NCBI RefSeq assembly: GCF_006345805.1
Contig: NC_043020.1
Span: forward strand, 11,718,001 to 11,782,000
Length of the DNA stretch: 64,000 nt
From: Octopus sinensis
Taxonomy: Eukaryota
Direction of reading: 5' to 3'
The notes below the pieces were generated by a model. It saw nothing but the letters and a program-made list of their open reading frames with translations, was not told the origin of the DNA and made no database searches. Shown piece by piece: positions 36,967-50,173 of this stretch. The position numbers were made by a program, and so were the translations under genes. Positions within the stretch are counted from its first letter, which is position 1, and every line of letters starts with the position of its first letter.

Positions 36967-37962
36967 GTGGAAGCACTCCGTCGGTTACGACGATGAGGGT
37001 TCCAGTTGATCCGAATCAATGGAACAGCCTGCTCGTGAAATTAACGTGTAAGTGGCTGAGCACTCCACAGACACGTGCACCCTTAACGTAGTTCTCGGGG
37101 ATATTCAGCGTGACACAGAGAGTGACAAGGCCAGCCCCTTGAAATACAGGTACAACAGAAACAGGAAGTAAGAGTGAGAGAAAGTTGTGGTGAAAGAGTA
37201 CAGCAGGGATCACCACCACCCCCTGCCGGAGCCTCGTGGGGCTTTTAGGTGTTTTCGCTCAATAAACACTCACAACGGCCGGTCTGGGAATCGAAACTGC
37301 GATCGTATGACCGCGAGTCCGCTGCCCTAACCACTGGGCCATTGCGCCTCCACGCATGACTAAAATACATCTATAATGACTCTATGTCTCAGTGGTGTTT
37401 GATCAGTGGTAAAGGACGGATGAGAATTAATTCTGTAATGCAATCATTCTATTGTTCCAGTCCCAATTTGAACTCCAACCGTTGGCCAATTAGTCCCAAA
37501 GTTCTAATTTTGAGGTAAAATTAACAAAGCAAATGTCATTTATTTTCTCATTGATCTCTGATTTCATCTGACGAAACGCCAACCAAGATGGCATGAATCA
37601 CTCAAGCCTTACCTACTAGCATTCCAAAGGCTTTTAAATCAGGTCTCAGTGCTTGATGTTCAAAAACCAAATGAAGGGCAGATTTTCAATCCCAGGATCA
37701 AACTAATTGCTCCTAGTACTTTTTTTAATTTTAAGTACAGTGCTTATTCTATTAGTCTGTTTTGCTGAACTGCTAAGTTACGGGGATGTAAACAAACTGA
37801 CACCAGTTGTTAAGCAGTGGTTGGGAGACAAACACAAATGCTATATATTTTAAAAATCAATATCATATTAGAAATATAAAAAGATTGTGTTCATCAACGT
37901 CATCACCACCACCACAATCATACTCTCCTCCTCCTCCTCATCTCCATCACCATCACCACCAC

Positions 37963-38007
<45 letters not shown>

Positions 38008-39623
38008 TTCGGGGTCGATAAATTAAGTACCAGTTACACACTAGGGTCGATCTAATTGGCTTAATCCCTTTGTCTGTCCTTGTTTGTCCCATCAATGTTT
38101 AGCCCCTTGTGGGCATTAAAGAAATAAGATGGGCTCTGTCAGGTTTTGAAAAAAAAACCATTAACCAAGCCATGTTGTTTGTGTCATCATTTTTGATCTC
38201 TCTCTTTCTTGTTCTCTACCTCTGATTGGATAACCATGTATCTCCCTAAAAGTAAGATACCTGCTTTTATCTCTCTGTCACGCTCTAACCTCTCATCACC
38301 TGGCACAAAGTCACCTCCTCCAATGCACCCCACCTCCAAGATATTTGTCTTTCAAGTTACTCGGTGACCCTACCAGTGCTGGTGCATTTAGTCCATACTG
38401 TAAAATAGTTGGTGTTTGGAAGGGCATCTAAATGTAAAGGCCGTGACAAAACAGGCTTCGCTGGTGCTAATGCCACATAAAAAGCATCCAGTCTACTCTG
38501 TAAAGTAGTTGGTGTTAGGAAGGGCATCCAACCATAGAAACCCTGCCAAAACAGACAGTGATGCTTGGTGCAATCTTCTGCCTGGCTAGACTCTGCCAAC
38601 CCATGCCAGCATGGAAAATGGACATTAAATGATGATGATGACGATGCTGTCTGTATGTTGTGACGGTGCCTCCACAACTCCAAAGGTGGTTGAGCTAAGG
38701 CAAAGCAAGGTAGGACCACCCTACTTGACAGCTTCCTCCTCTTCATCATCTTTTGATACTATTTTAAATAAGGGCTACCAAAATAACAATCTTTTACCCC
38801 AAGTGTACCCCCACATATGAAACCTGGTTTGGCATACATATTCCCAGTTGAAACAGACCACTGTGTTCCTCACCCTCAACTCCACAAATACCCCCCAACA
38901 AACAACCACCACTTTGAGTTGTGGAAGCACTCCGTCGGTTACGACGACGAGGGTTCCGGTTGATCTGAATCAATGGAACAGCCTGCTCGTGAAATTAACG
39001 TGTAAGTGGCTGAGCACTCCACAGACACGTGCACCCTTAATGTAGTTCTCGGGGATATTCAGCGTGACACAGAGAGTGACAAGGCCGGCCCTTTGAAATA
39101 CAGGTACAACAGAATCAGGAAGTAAGAGTGAGAGAAAGTTGTGGTGAAAGAGTACAGCAGGTGAAAGAGTACCACCATCCCCTGCCGGAGCCTCGTGGAG
39201 CTTTTAGGTGTTTTCTCTCAATAAACACTCACAACGCCCGGTCTGGGAATCGAAACCGCGATCCTATGACCGCGAGTCCGCTGCCCTAACCACTGGGCCA
39301 CTGCACCTCCATTTGAGTTACAGGGTTAATAAAAACTCAGTCAAATTAGTTGGTTCTAATATATTTTATTTATTTACTTTAAATACAAGCTGAAATCTTT
39401 TTCTTCTTCTTCCTTTTTGATCTCACAAATTAACGATTAAAATGATAAGGTGTTCACTATATGGTGAGACTGATCAGACAAAATCCAAAATATTGGTACA
39501 TATGGCGGGGTTAGAAAACTAAATTTTTAATATTTACAAGGATTAGAATAACAATACTTAGAATAAATATAAATAAATATTTATATCTGTTCACTCCAAA
39601 AACCATAATATATATATATGTAG

Positions 39624-39809
39624 ACTCAGATGAAAAAATAATTGTTGCTACAACACGTGTTGAAACAATGCTGGGAGACACAGCAGTTGCTGTCCACCCT
39701 GATGATGAACGTTACAAACACCTTCATGGGAAATTTGTCCAGCATCCATTTCTTGAAAGACGCCTTCCAATTGTATGTGATGACTTTGTTGATCGAGAGT
39801 TCGGAACAG
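39624..39809 (+). CDS. VARS1: Valyl-tRNA synthetase internal exon (CP1/editing region: [31 protein letters not shown]...[12 protein letters not shown])
   Basis: ValRS motifs VATTRxETMLGDxAVAVHP and FGTG, closer to the cytosolic type; tgtag| acceptor, G|GTGAGT donor; 186 nt, phase 1 to 1, no stops. No other ValRS exon found in the window. Confidence 0.9.
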
Positions 39810-40211
39810 GTGAGTTTGTTGCTGTTTGACTTGAGAACATATTACCTCAATTCTACTGGACAGCATATTACATTTGAATATGTAATTTACTAAAATCTTG
39901 GTAGATGATATAATTTGTATTGAAATTGTGTTTCATATATAACAACATGATTATTCCTAGAATATATTGTAAGAAATGTTCACTGGTCATTCTCAGATAT
40001 ATATATATATATATATATATACTACAAAATTAGAGAATGGAGAAATATACTTAAATCAGTAAAACATCAACTATCCGATGATACTCAATCCATACTTTAA
40101 TACACCATTACATATGAGTAAAGGCAATACATAAAATGAAATGAGATATCAGTAATAGTAAAAAGATAAAGAGATATAAGTAAAAAATTTTCAAATATAA
40201 TATGCAAATAA

Positions 40212-40332
40212 ATCAAAACTGACAGCTGTTTCGGCAGTGAGGACAGTCATACCTCATTTAACCTATAAGCCATAAAGGCAGGTATAAATGAGGCATTAAC
40301 AAGGATGCCCCACGGCCTCTTCAGAGAATTAA
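40212..40332 (-). ncRNA. Type I hammerhead ribozyme motif with very long stem II
   Basis: Core CTGAAGA (40324-40318), stem II opened by GGC/GCC, GAAA (40232-40229), palindromic stem III ACAGCTGT, GTC cleavage triplet (cut after 40221). Stem I is weak (2 bp, then an internal loop). Confidence 0.75.
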
Positions 40333-40384
40333 ATTAAATTTGTTATAATAGTGAAAAATATAATAATAGTCAACTAATAGTCAA

Positions 40385-43300
40385 CTGCTACAAAGGTAAA
40401 GGCGACGCCCTAGAGACAAATAACTACAGGGGCATCAAGCTGCTGGATCAGGTAATGAAGGTTACGGAGAGGGTTGTAGCCGAACTAATTAGAGAGAGAG
40501 TTACCTTAGATGATATGCAGTTTGGGTTCGTGCCAGGGAAAAGTACTACTGATGCTATATTCCTGGTAAGACAGCTGCAGGAGAAATACCTAGCCAAAGA
40601 TAAGCCCTTGTACCTGGCTTTTGTTGACTTGGAGAAAGCCTTTGACAGGGTCCCCCGGTCCCTTATCTGGTGGTCAATGAGGAAACTAGGGATAGAAGAA
40701 TGGTTGGTGAGAGCTGTGCAAGCCATGTACAGAGACGCTGCTAGTAAGGTGAGGGTGGGCAACGAGTACAGTGAAGAATTCCGGTAGAGGTTGGGGTCCA
40801 CAAGGTTCAGTCTCAGTCCCCCCTCCTATTTATCATAGTCCTCCAGGCAATAACGGAGGAATTCAAGACAGGTTGCCCCTGGGAGCTCCTCTATGCTGAT
40901 GACCTTGCTCTAATTGCTGAGTCACTATCAGAACTGGAGGAGAAGTTCCAGGTGTGGAAACAAGGATTAGAATCGAAGGGCCTTAGAATCAACCTAGCCA
41001 AAACCAAAGTTCTAATAAGTAGGAAGGTAGATCAATCACAAACGCCTTCAGGTAGATGGCCCTGCTCGATCTGTAAAAAAGGTGTAGGTAGAAACTCTAT
41101 AAGATGCACCAAGTGTAAGCTATGGACACATAAGAGGTGCAGCAATGTCAAAGGAAGGCTAACTAGGAAAATAGTTTTTGTCTGTGGCAAATGCTCAGGA
41201 GCAATAAACACTGGAAATATGCAGAGACCAACTTCTGCCACGTTCCAGGGAGACAAACTAGAAGTAGTTGATAGCTTCCGCTACCTAGGAGACCAAGTCA
41301 GTAGCGGGGGTGGGTGTGCTGAAAGTGTAACTGCTAGAGTAAGAATAGCCTGGGCAAAGTTTAGAGAGCTCTTACCCCTGCTGGTGACAAAGGCCTCTCG
41401 CTCAGAGTAAAAGGCAGACTGTATGATGCATGTGTACGTACAGCCATGCTACATGGTAGTGAAACATGGGCCGTGACTGCTGAGGATATGCGTAAGCTCG
41501 CAAGAAATGAAGCCAGTATGCTCCGATGGATGTGTAATGTCAGTGTTCATAATCGTCAGAGTGTAAGTTCCTTGAGAGAAAAGCTGAACCTAAGAAGCGT
41601 CAGTTGTGGCGTGCAAGAGAGACGGCTGCGCTGGTATGGTCATGTGACAGAAAGGCTGAAGATAGTTGTGTGCAAAAGTGCTACACCCTAGCAGTGGAGG
41701 GAACCTGTGGAAGAGGTAGACCCAGAAAACCTGGGACGAGGTGGTGAAGCACGACCTTCGAACTTTAGGTCTCACTAAGGAAATGTCTAGAGACCGAGAC
41801 CTATGGAAGTATGCTGTGCATGAGAAGACCCGGCAAGACTAGTCAGGCCATAACCCGTGGCCCCGACCTGGGACGTAGTCAGTCCTGTGCATACCTTCCT
41901 TCTTGTGACACTTATGAAGACCTGTTGAGGCAAGTGAAAAAAAATCAAAATCAAAACAAATCAAAATAGATGAACATCAGTGGAATTGTATTCTTTGTGG
42001 TACCAGTGCCGGTGGCACCAAGAAAACCACCCAAACGTGGCCGTAACCAGTACCGCATCGACTGGCCTCCGTGCTGTGGGCACAACAAACACCATCCGAT
42101 CGTGGCCGTTCGCCAGCCTCATCTGGCACCTGTGCCGGTGGCACATAAAGACACCATCCGAAGACCCGGCGACGTAGTCAGTCCACCTGTGCATACCTTC
42201 CCTCTTATGACACTTGTGAAGACCTGTTGAGGCAAGTGTGTGACACTTGTGAAGACCTGTTGAGGCAAGTGAAAATCAAAAATCAAAAATCAAACCAAAT
42301 CAAAATAGATGAATATCAATGGAATTTGTATCTTTGTGGTTCCAGTCCCGGTGGCACACAAGAAAACCATCCGAAGTGGCCGTAGCTGGTACCGCATCGA
42401 CTGGCCTCCGTGCTGTGGGCACAACAAACACCATCTGATCGTGGCCGTTCGCCAGCCTCACCTGGCACCTGTGTCGGTGGCACATAAAAACACCATCCAA
42501 AGACCCGGCGACGTAGTCAGTCCACCTGTGCATACCTTCCCTCTTATGACACTTGTGAAGACCTGTTGAGGCAGAGGCAAGTGTGTGACACTTTGTGAAG
42601 ACCTGTTGAGGCAGAGGCAAGTGTGTGACACTTGTGGAGACCTGTTGAGGCAAGTGTGTGACACGCGTGACACTTGTGAAGACCTGTTGAGGCAAGTGAA
42701 AATCAAAAATCAAACCAAATCAAAATAGATGAACATCAATGGAATTTGTATCTTTGTGGTTCCAGTACCGGTGGCACACAAGGACACGCGTGACACTTGT
42801 GAAGACCTGTTGAGGCAAGTGAAAATCAAACCAAATCAAAATAGATGAACATCAATGGAATTTGTATCTTTGTGGTTCCAGTACCGGTGGCACACAAGAA
42901 AACCATCCGATCGTGGCCGTTCGCCAGCCACATCTGGCACCTGTGTCGGTGGCACATAAAGACACCATCCGAAGACCCGGCGACGTAGACAGTCCACCTG
43001 TGCATACCTTCCTTCTTGTGACACTTGTGAAGACCTGTTGAGGCAAGTGACACTTGTGAAGACCTGTTGAGGCAAGTGAAGACCTGTTGAGGCAAGTGAC
43101 ACTTGTGAAGACCTGTTGAGGCAAGTGACACTTGTGAAGACCTGTTGAGGCAAGTGAAAATCAAATCAAATCAAAACAAATCAAAATAGATGAGCATAAA
43201 TGGAATTTGTATCTTTGTGGTACCAGTGCCGGTGGCACACAAGAAAATCATCCGAACGTGGCCGTAGCCAGTACCGCATAGACTGGCCTCCGTGCTTTGG

Positions 43301-43755
43301 GGACGTAACAAACACCATCCGATCGTGGCCGTCCGCCAGCCTCATCTGGCACCTGTGTCGGTGGCACATAAAAACACCATCCGAGCGTGGCCGTCTGCCA
43401 GCCTCGTCTGGCACCTGCCAGCCTCATCTGGCACCTGTGTCGGTGGCACATAAAAACCATCCATCGAGCGTGGCCGTCTGCCAGCCTCGTCTGGCACCTG
43501 TGTCGGTGGCACATAAAAACACCATCCGAGCGTGGCCGTTCGCCAGCCTCGTCTGGCACCTGTGTCGGTGGCACATAAAATCACCCACTACACTCTCGGA
43601 GTGGTTGGCGTTAGGAAGGGCATCCAGCTGTAGAAACCTGCCAGATCTGACTGGCCTGGTGCAGCCTTCGGGCTCCCCAGACCCCAGTTGAACCGTCCAA
43701 CCCATGCTAGCATGGAAAACGGACGCTAAATGATGATGATGATGATGATGATGAT
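40385..43755 (+). mobile_element. 5'-truncated RTE-clade LINE (RT fragment + 1.9-kb repetitive 3' UTR + (GAT)n tail)
   Basis: NYRGIKLL, QFGF, FVDLEKAFDRV, LLYADD, FRYLG, LRWYGHV motifs; several frameshifts; ORF ends at TAG 41842; tail ends at about 43755. Confidence 0.95.
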
Positions 43756-44062
43756 CATATACATATAATATAAAAATATAAAAATGTAAAATATAAAAAC
43801 TTATACATCATAAAGCTACACTTATATAATATAATACACATTTGTACAAAAAGGAAGGTAAACAGAACAAAATAAAACAAAATATATAATAGTGTATATA
43901 TTAATATCAATAAGTACCGATATTATACATATTGGCTAATAGTTTTTTTTATATATATAAAAAAAAAAAAAAAAGGCTAACATATATGGAGATGAAAAAT
44001 AATAATTAAATCCGTGGTACAGTTCATAAGATTCTAAAGCTATAAAGTTAATAAAAATTACT

Positions 44063-44121
<59 letters not shown>

Positions 44122-44690
44122 AAAAAATAAAAAAATAGATACAGTTAAGTTAGCACCAAGTCCATCCTTACAAGATCGAAATAACTATGAGTTAAGAAAT
44201 GCTGACCACTAGGTAAAGAAAATATAGATTAATTCGATTGGCTATTGGTTTGAAATTTAAATCACAAAAGAAAATTATACGGTTGTTTAGTCAGGAACGC
44301 CAATATTCACACACGCATCTACAGATCAATCGCACATACACACATAGTAATATGTATATGCATACACTTATACACATACATAATTACAAGCAACAACTAG
44401 CACATAGATAAACAAAAAGGGAAGCACTATGCTACAATATAGTCCTTTAAAATTATAATTGTGCCTCAATAATAAAAGAAGAACCATCCATGCATTACAT
44501 AAATATTTAATTTAGATATAAATATATTTTTAAATATCAGTATGTTACTAAGTCAGATACTTATTTCATGGGTAACTTAAAATTTATAACACCGGTTTGT
44601 TGCAGAGTAAACATACGGTTGTTAGATTTATCGTAAATTTGTTATGGTTTTAAGTACGCTAAATTATAAAATATAAAATATAAAATATGT

Positions 44691-45357
44691 GGCCCCTACC
44701 TGGGACGTAGTCAGTCCACCTGTGCATACCTTCCTTCTTGTGACACTTGTGAAGACCTGTTGAGGCAAGTGAGAATCGAATCGAATCGTATCAAATCAAA
44801 TCGAACCAAATCAAAATAGATGAACATCAATGGAATTGTATCCTTGTGGTACAGTGCCGGTGGCACATAAGAAAACCATCCGAACGTGACCGTAGCCAGT
44901 ACCGCAATGACTGGCCTCCGTGCTGAGGGCACGTAACAAACACCATCCGAGCGTGGCCGTCCGCCAGCCTCGTCTAGCACCTGTGTCGGTGACACATAAG
45001 AAAACACCATCCGAGCGTGGCCGTCTGCCAGCCTCGTCTGGCACCTGTGTCGGTGGCACCATAAAAAAACACCATCCGAGCGTGCCGTCTGCCAGCCTCG
45101 TCTGGCACCTGTGTCGGTGGCACATAAAAAAAAACACCATCCGAGCGTGGCCGTCTGCCAGCCTCGTCTGCACCTGTGTCGGTGGCACATAAATCACCCA
45201 CTACACTCTCGGAGTGGTGGGCGTTAGGAAGGGCATCCAGCTGTAGAAACACTGCCACATCTGACTGGCCTGGTGCAGCCTTCGGGCTTCCAGACCCCAG
45301 TTGAACCGTCCAACCATGCTAGCATGGAAAGCGGACGTTAAACGATGATGATGATGA
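44691..45357 (+). mobile_element. RTE LINE 3' UTR fragment with (GAT)n tail
   Basis: Near-identical to the 3' UTR of the 40385-43755 element. Confidence 0.9.
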
Positions 45358-45596
45358 TATATATACACATACGGTAATAACGGATTTTTCAGAAATTTCT
45401 ATCGGTTTGTTTCGAGACGCATAAATTATAAAGGTTATTGACAATTTTTGTCTTTTTTTTGGCATATTTGGCATTAGAATTTTTCTTTTGCCCTTATTTT
45501 GTAAATTATTTATAAATTTAACCTTTAAAGGTATTTTTTGATATGCTGGCCATTGATAAAATTTTTTTCCCGAAAAAAATTTTATCCTACATTAGT

Positions 45597-45647
<51 letters not shown>

Positions 45648-45651
45648 GAAA

Positions 45652-45897
45652 TAGTGTACATTTAATCCCAAAAGAGAAATTTACCTATAACAGGTAATTT
45701 CTACACGCTAGGAGACAGTCAAAAATGACCTAAGACCACAAAAAATTTAAGTAATTTCAAAGGGAATAAAAAATTAAAACTTTTACCCTTTGAAATTGTT
45801 CAAATTTTTTGTTATCTCAAGTCGTTTTTGACTGTCTCCTAGTATGTAGAAATTACCTGTTACAGGTAAATTTCTCTTTGTGTTTAAATGTATACTA
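45652..45897. repeat. Imperfect foldback inverted repeat (about 120-bp arms)
   Basis: Left and right halves are reverse complements at roughly 85% identity by eye. Confidence 0.75.
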
Positions 45898-46502
45898 CTT
45901 TATATTGAATAATATGTTGTCTATTGACTTTTTTATACATGCTAGGCCACTGGTAATAAATTTGTAAAAATTTAATACTCTATATAGATATCTATATCTA
46001 TATATATATAGATACACACACACATATATATATGAAACAAAATATATAAATAATACATACAACCAACACAAATACATGACCCCTTCGTTGATTGGATGTC
46101 TTAACAGTTTCAACATCTCACAACATAATTGTTTGATTCAGCAGTATCAAGAGCTTCTATTGAAGCTGCTCAGGAAACAATAACAGGGGATATGGGGGGA
46201 CCCAGTGTATGTATATTATGTGTGTGTGTGTGTTTGTGTGTGTCAATATAATTGACAAGTATAGGCACAAAGAAATTACTTTTTCCATAGGCTGAAACAG
46301 CTGTAAGTGATTTTAATGCTTCTAACAATTTATATTAATGTTTTTTTTTTAATAACCACTTGTATTCTAATCTTAAATGTAATGAATTTTATACTGTATA
46401 TATGCATGTTATTATGGTGTAGTTTTGATAATTAAATAAGGCAACATTCTAATATCCTAAAGCTGATAAACCAACTCATGTGTTTCTCCATTTTCTTATC
46501 TG

Positions 46503-46504
<2 letters not shown>

Positions 46505-46542
<38 letters not shown>

Positions 46543-46635
46543 TATATATGTGTATGTATGTATGTATGTATGTATATATGTATGTATATGTGTGTATATA
46601 TATTATATATGTATATATATATATGTGTGTGTTAT

Positions 46636-46678
<43 letters not shown>

Positions 46679-46702
46679 TATATATGTATATATACATGTA
46701 TG

Positions 46703-46759
<57 letters not shown>

Positions 46760-46808
46760 GTATATATATATATATATATATATGTTTATATATATATATA
46801 TATGTGTG

Positions 46809-46846
<38 letters not shown>

Positions 46847-46865
46847 TATATATACATACATACAT
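46505..46865. repeat. (TA)n/(TATG)n compound microsatellite
   Basis: Similar tracts at 7065-7160, 33875-33945, 48615-48780 and 52620-52900; (GA)n at 12191-12275 and 29110-29160; (TAA)n at 44065-44118. Confidence 0.95.
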
Positions 46866-49800
46866 ACAGTGATTAATGTTCATACCCATTGGTTAGAATC
46901 AGTTAAAGAAAAGAAAATAGGAAAAAATAAAAACTTGCACCAAAATTTGTAATTTAAGATGAATGACAGAAAAATACTATTCTTCATTAAACACCCCACC
47001 CACACCCACCCACACACTAAACACCTTCACACCATCACCCCCTTACGCCATCATGTACGCAAGACTTTTTATATTGTTTATACTGCTTAGTTTATTCTGC
47101 TTGACCCTTCTCGCATGCAATGTTGCCTTCATTATTACAAGAAGTCTACAATGGCAACCAAGGGAAAGCGTTGTTTTTTAGAGGGGTTGCATGAAAGAAT
47201 GGAGGGAATAAATATTATTGCCAAATGAACTATCACTAAAACAAAAACTGAGTTAAAACACTCATGATCTGGGGGACACAATAATAATAATAATAATAAT
47301 AATAATGATAGTAATAATAGTAATAATAATGATGCTAATGATAATGATAATAATAATAATGCTTTCTACTATATTCACAGGGCCTGAAATTTGGGTGGGG
47401 GGACAGGTAAGTTGATTAAATCGACCCCAGTACTTATTTTATTGACCTCGAAGGATGAAAGGCAAAGTCGACATTGATAAGGAGTGTATATATATATACA
47501 TAGATATTATTACTATGGCTTAAGCTTAACTACCAAAGAATCTAAAGTAAAATAACAAATATTGCATTAACTTTAAGAATTTTTACAACAGCTTCTATTT
47601 CTAACTGGGGTCACAACTAATAAAAAAATGTTGCTAGGCTTGTCTGGACCCTATAGTCATGACAAGTATTTGAAGTTTGATATAGGTTATAGATCCAAAG
47701 CAAGTGCACAGAAAGACCTTGTTTCTCTAGGTAACATAAATAAGATTTGCTGTGCTTTGTGGCATGATTGGCTGAATTAAACTAATAAATGATAGTTCTA
47801 TCCATACTCAGTGGAAAATATGATGTAAACTATATCTACATATTTATCTATGTATCTACGTATCTATCTATCTATCTATATTTCTGTCTATTGCTCTGTC
47901 TATCTATCTATCTTTCTATCTATCTATCTATCTGTCAATTTATCTACACACACATATTGTTATATTACAGGATGGTTATTTGTTGTTTTTTTTCCCAAAT
48001 AAACATACACACACACACTATACATTCGTTCATCACTTCAGATTTATTGTCGTTCTCATTTATCGACCCTGAAAGGGTGAAAGGCTAAGTCGACCTTGGC
48101 GGAATTTGAACTCAGAACTTAATGGCAGACGAAATACCTATTTCTTTACTGCCCACAAGGGGCTAAACACAGAGAGGATAAACAAGGACAGACAAACGGA
48201 TTAAGTCGATTACATCGACTCCAGTGCCTAACTGGTACTTAATTTATCGATCCCGAAAGGATGAAAGGCTAAGTCGACCTTGGCGTTATTTGAACTCAGA
48301 ACGTAACAGCAGACAAAATATCGTTAAGCATTTCGCCCAACAAGTTAACGATTCTGCCAGCTCGCTGCCTTATTCTATTGGACTCTTTTACCGAACCACT
48401 AAGTTATGAGGACATAATCACTCTCCTCACCAAGCAAAATTGGTGGTGTTACTAGTTTAGCTGTCAAAGTCAAACATGAGACAGATTGTAGTGGGTGACA
48501 TGTTACCAGCAGCAATTGAGAGGTGCAATAGTCTGCACGAAACCATTGGTCACATACTGACCATTTATATGCCATAACCAGGAATATACTGCTGGACAAT
48601 AATATATTTATGTATCTACATATATACATATGTGTGTGTGTGTGTCTATGTATATATATATGTGTGTGTGTGTGTGTGAGTATATATATATATATGTATG
48701 CATATGTATATATATATATATATATATATATCTTTATATATGTATGTATGTATGTACACACACACAAATATATATATATGATTGTGTAATGTGTCTGGTG
48801 TGTTGGTATGCTTTTGTCGTTGTTTGTGAATAAACTTTCAGGAGAAAAAAAAACGGAGAAAAAAAGGGGCTATTAATTCATAGCATCCAAGGGAGTTAAT
48901 TTTGTAAAGTAGGTTTAAAAATGAACAAAAAAACAAATGTCACATTTGTAAAAATAATAGAACAATTAAAAATTATTGCTTTTTTGTTTTTCTTTTCTCT
49001 GTGATGTGGACATTTATGTTACACAGTGAAAGGATAAAGCCGAGGCTCGAAGAACACTTGGGGGTCAAATTTTGAATATTTTATAACAAAATTGATCTAA
49101 ATAATTTGTAATTGAATTTAAAGGATCCAAATAGATACACTCCTCCTCCACATCATTGCATTAACATCTACTTTTCCATGCTTGCATAGCTCAGACCAGA
49201 ATATGTTATAACAGTTTTCTACGACTGGATGCTTTTCCTGTCACTAACATTCCTTTCCAAGGGAGGTAATAATCTCCCAGTCTGTTCAGAAAACAGTTTG
49301 GTTATGCTTACATGGAGAAGTGAAAACAAACGACACCGTATGAACGAGCATTTTGTTTACAAAGAACAACCGAGCTTCTTGATGTGTCATCACATCAAAA
49401 ATGCCAGGACATATTTTCATGGTTGACTACAGGCAAATAACTGTTGACAAAGCCATTATACTATCTCTTTACTTGATTCAGTCATTAGACTGTGGCCATG
49501 CTGGGGCACTGCCTTGAAGAATTTTAAGTTGAATGAATCAACCTCAGTAATTTTTGTTTTTAAGCCTGGTACTTATTCTATCGGCCTCTTTTGCTGAACT
49601 GCTAAGTTATGGGGGATGTAAACACACCAACACTGGTTGTCAAGCGATGGTGGAAGACAAACACACACACACACATACACGACAGACTTCTTTCAGTTTC
49701 CATCTACCAAATCCACTCAAAAGGCTTTGGTTGGCTCGAGGCTACAGTAAAAAAGATTTGCCCAAGGTGCCATGCAGTGGGACTGAACCTGAAACCATGT

Positions 49801-50173
49801 GGTTGGTAAGCAAGCTTCTTACCACACAGCCATTCCTGCGCCTACATACATACATTGATAATATAAACTGCTTTGTTTTAAGTGGTTGATAATACAAAGA
49901 AGGTTTGGAAATCATATTAAAGATTTTCTATTTTATTCCACAGATGCATACACAACCATGCAGTGCACCAGTATGGCCACAGTCCAGAAATTGCAACAAG
50001 TAAAAGAAAAAACAAAGAAAGCCAACGAACTATTGAGATATTCAAAACTACATATGCACAAATACCTAGTTGTGTCTTGGCTTGTACAACACACCCTATT
50101 CTTTTTATTAGCAACTGGCTTGCATTCTGATATGACTTTTAAAAGCATGCAATTACATATATATTCACAGAAA

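Noticed and set aside
30436-39809. Functional link between the Thr-anticodon tRNA variant and the ValRS exon (ValRS edits Thr-tRNA-Val)
   Set aside because: The exon lacks the downstream catalytic Asp segment (TPAHD) and 9-kb proximity is the only evidence; treated as coincidence unless synteny shows otherwise.
43230-43580. CRISPR-like array of hairpin-containing repeats of about 63 bp
   Set aside because: There are no unique spacers or cas genes; the context is eukaryotic and the units belong to a LINE 3' UTR.
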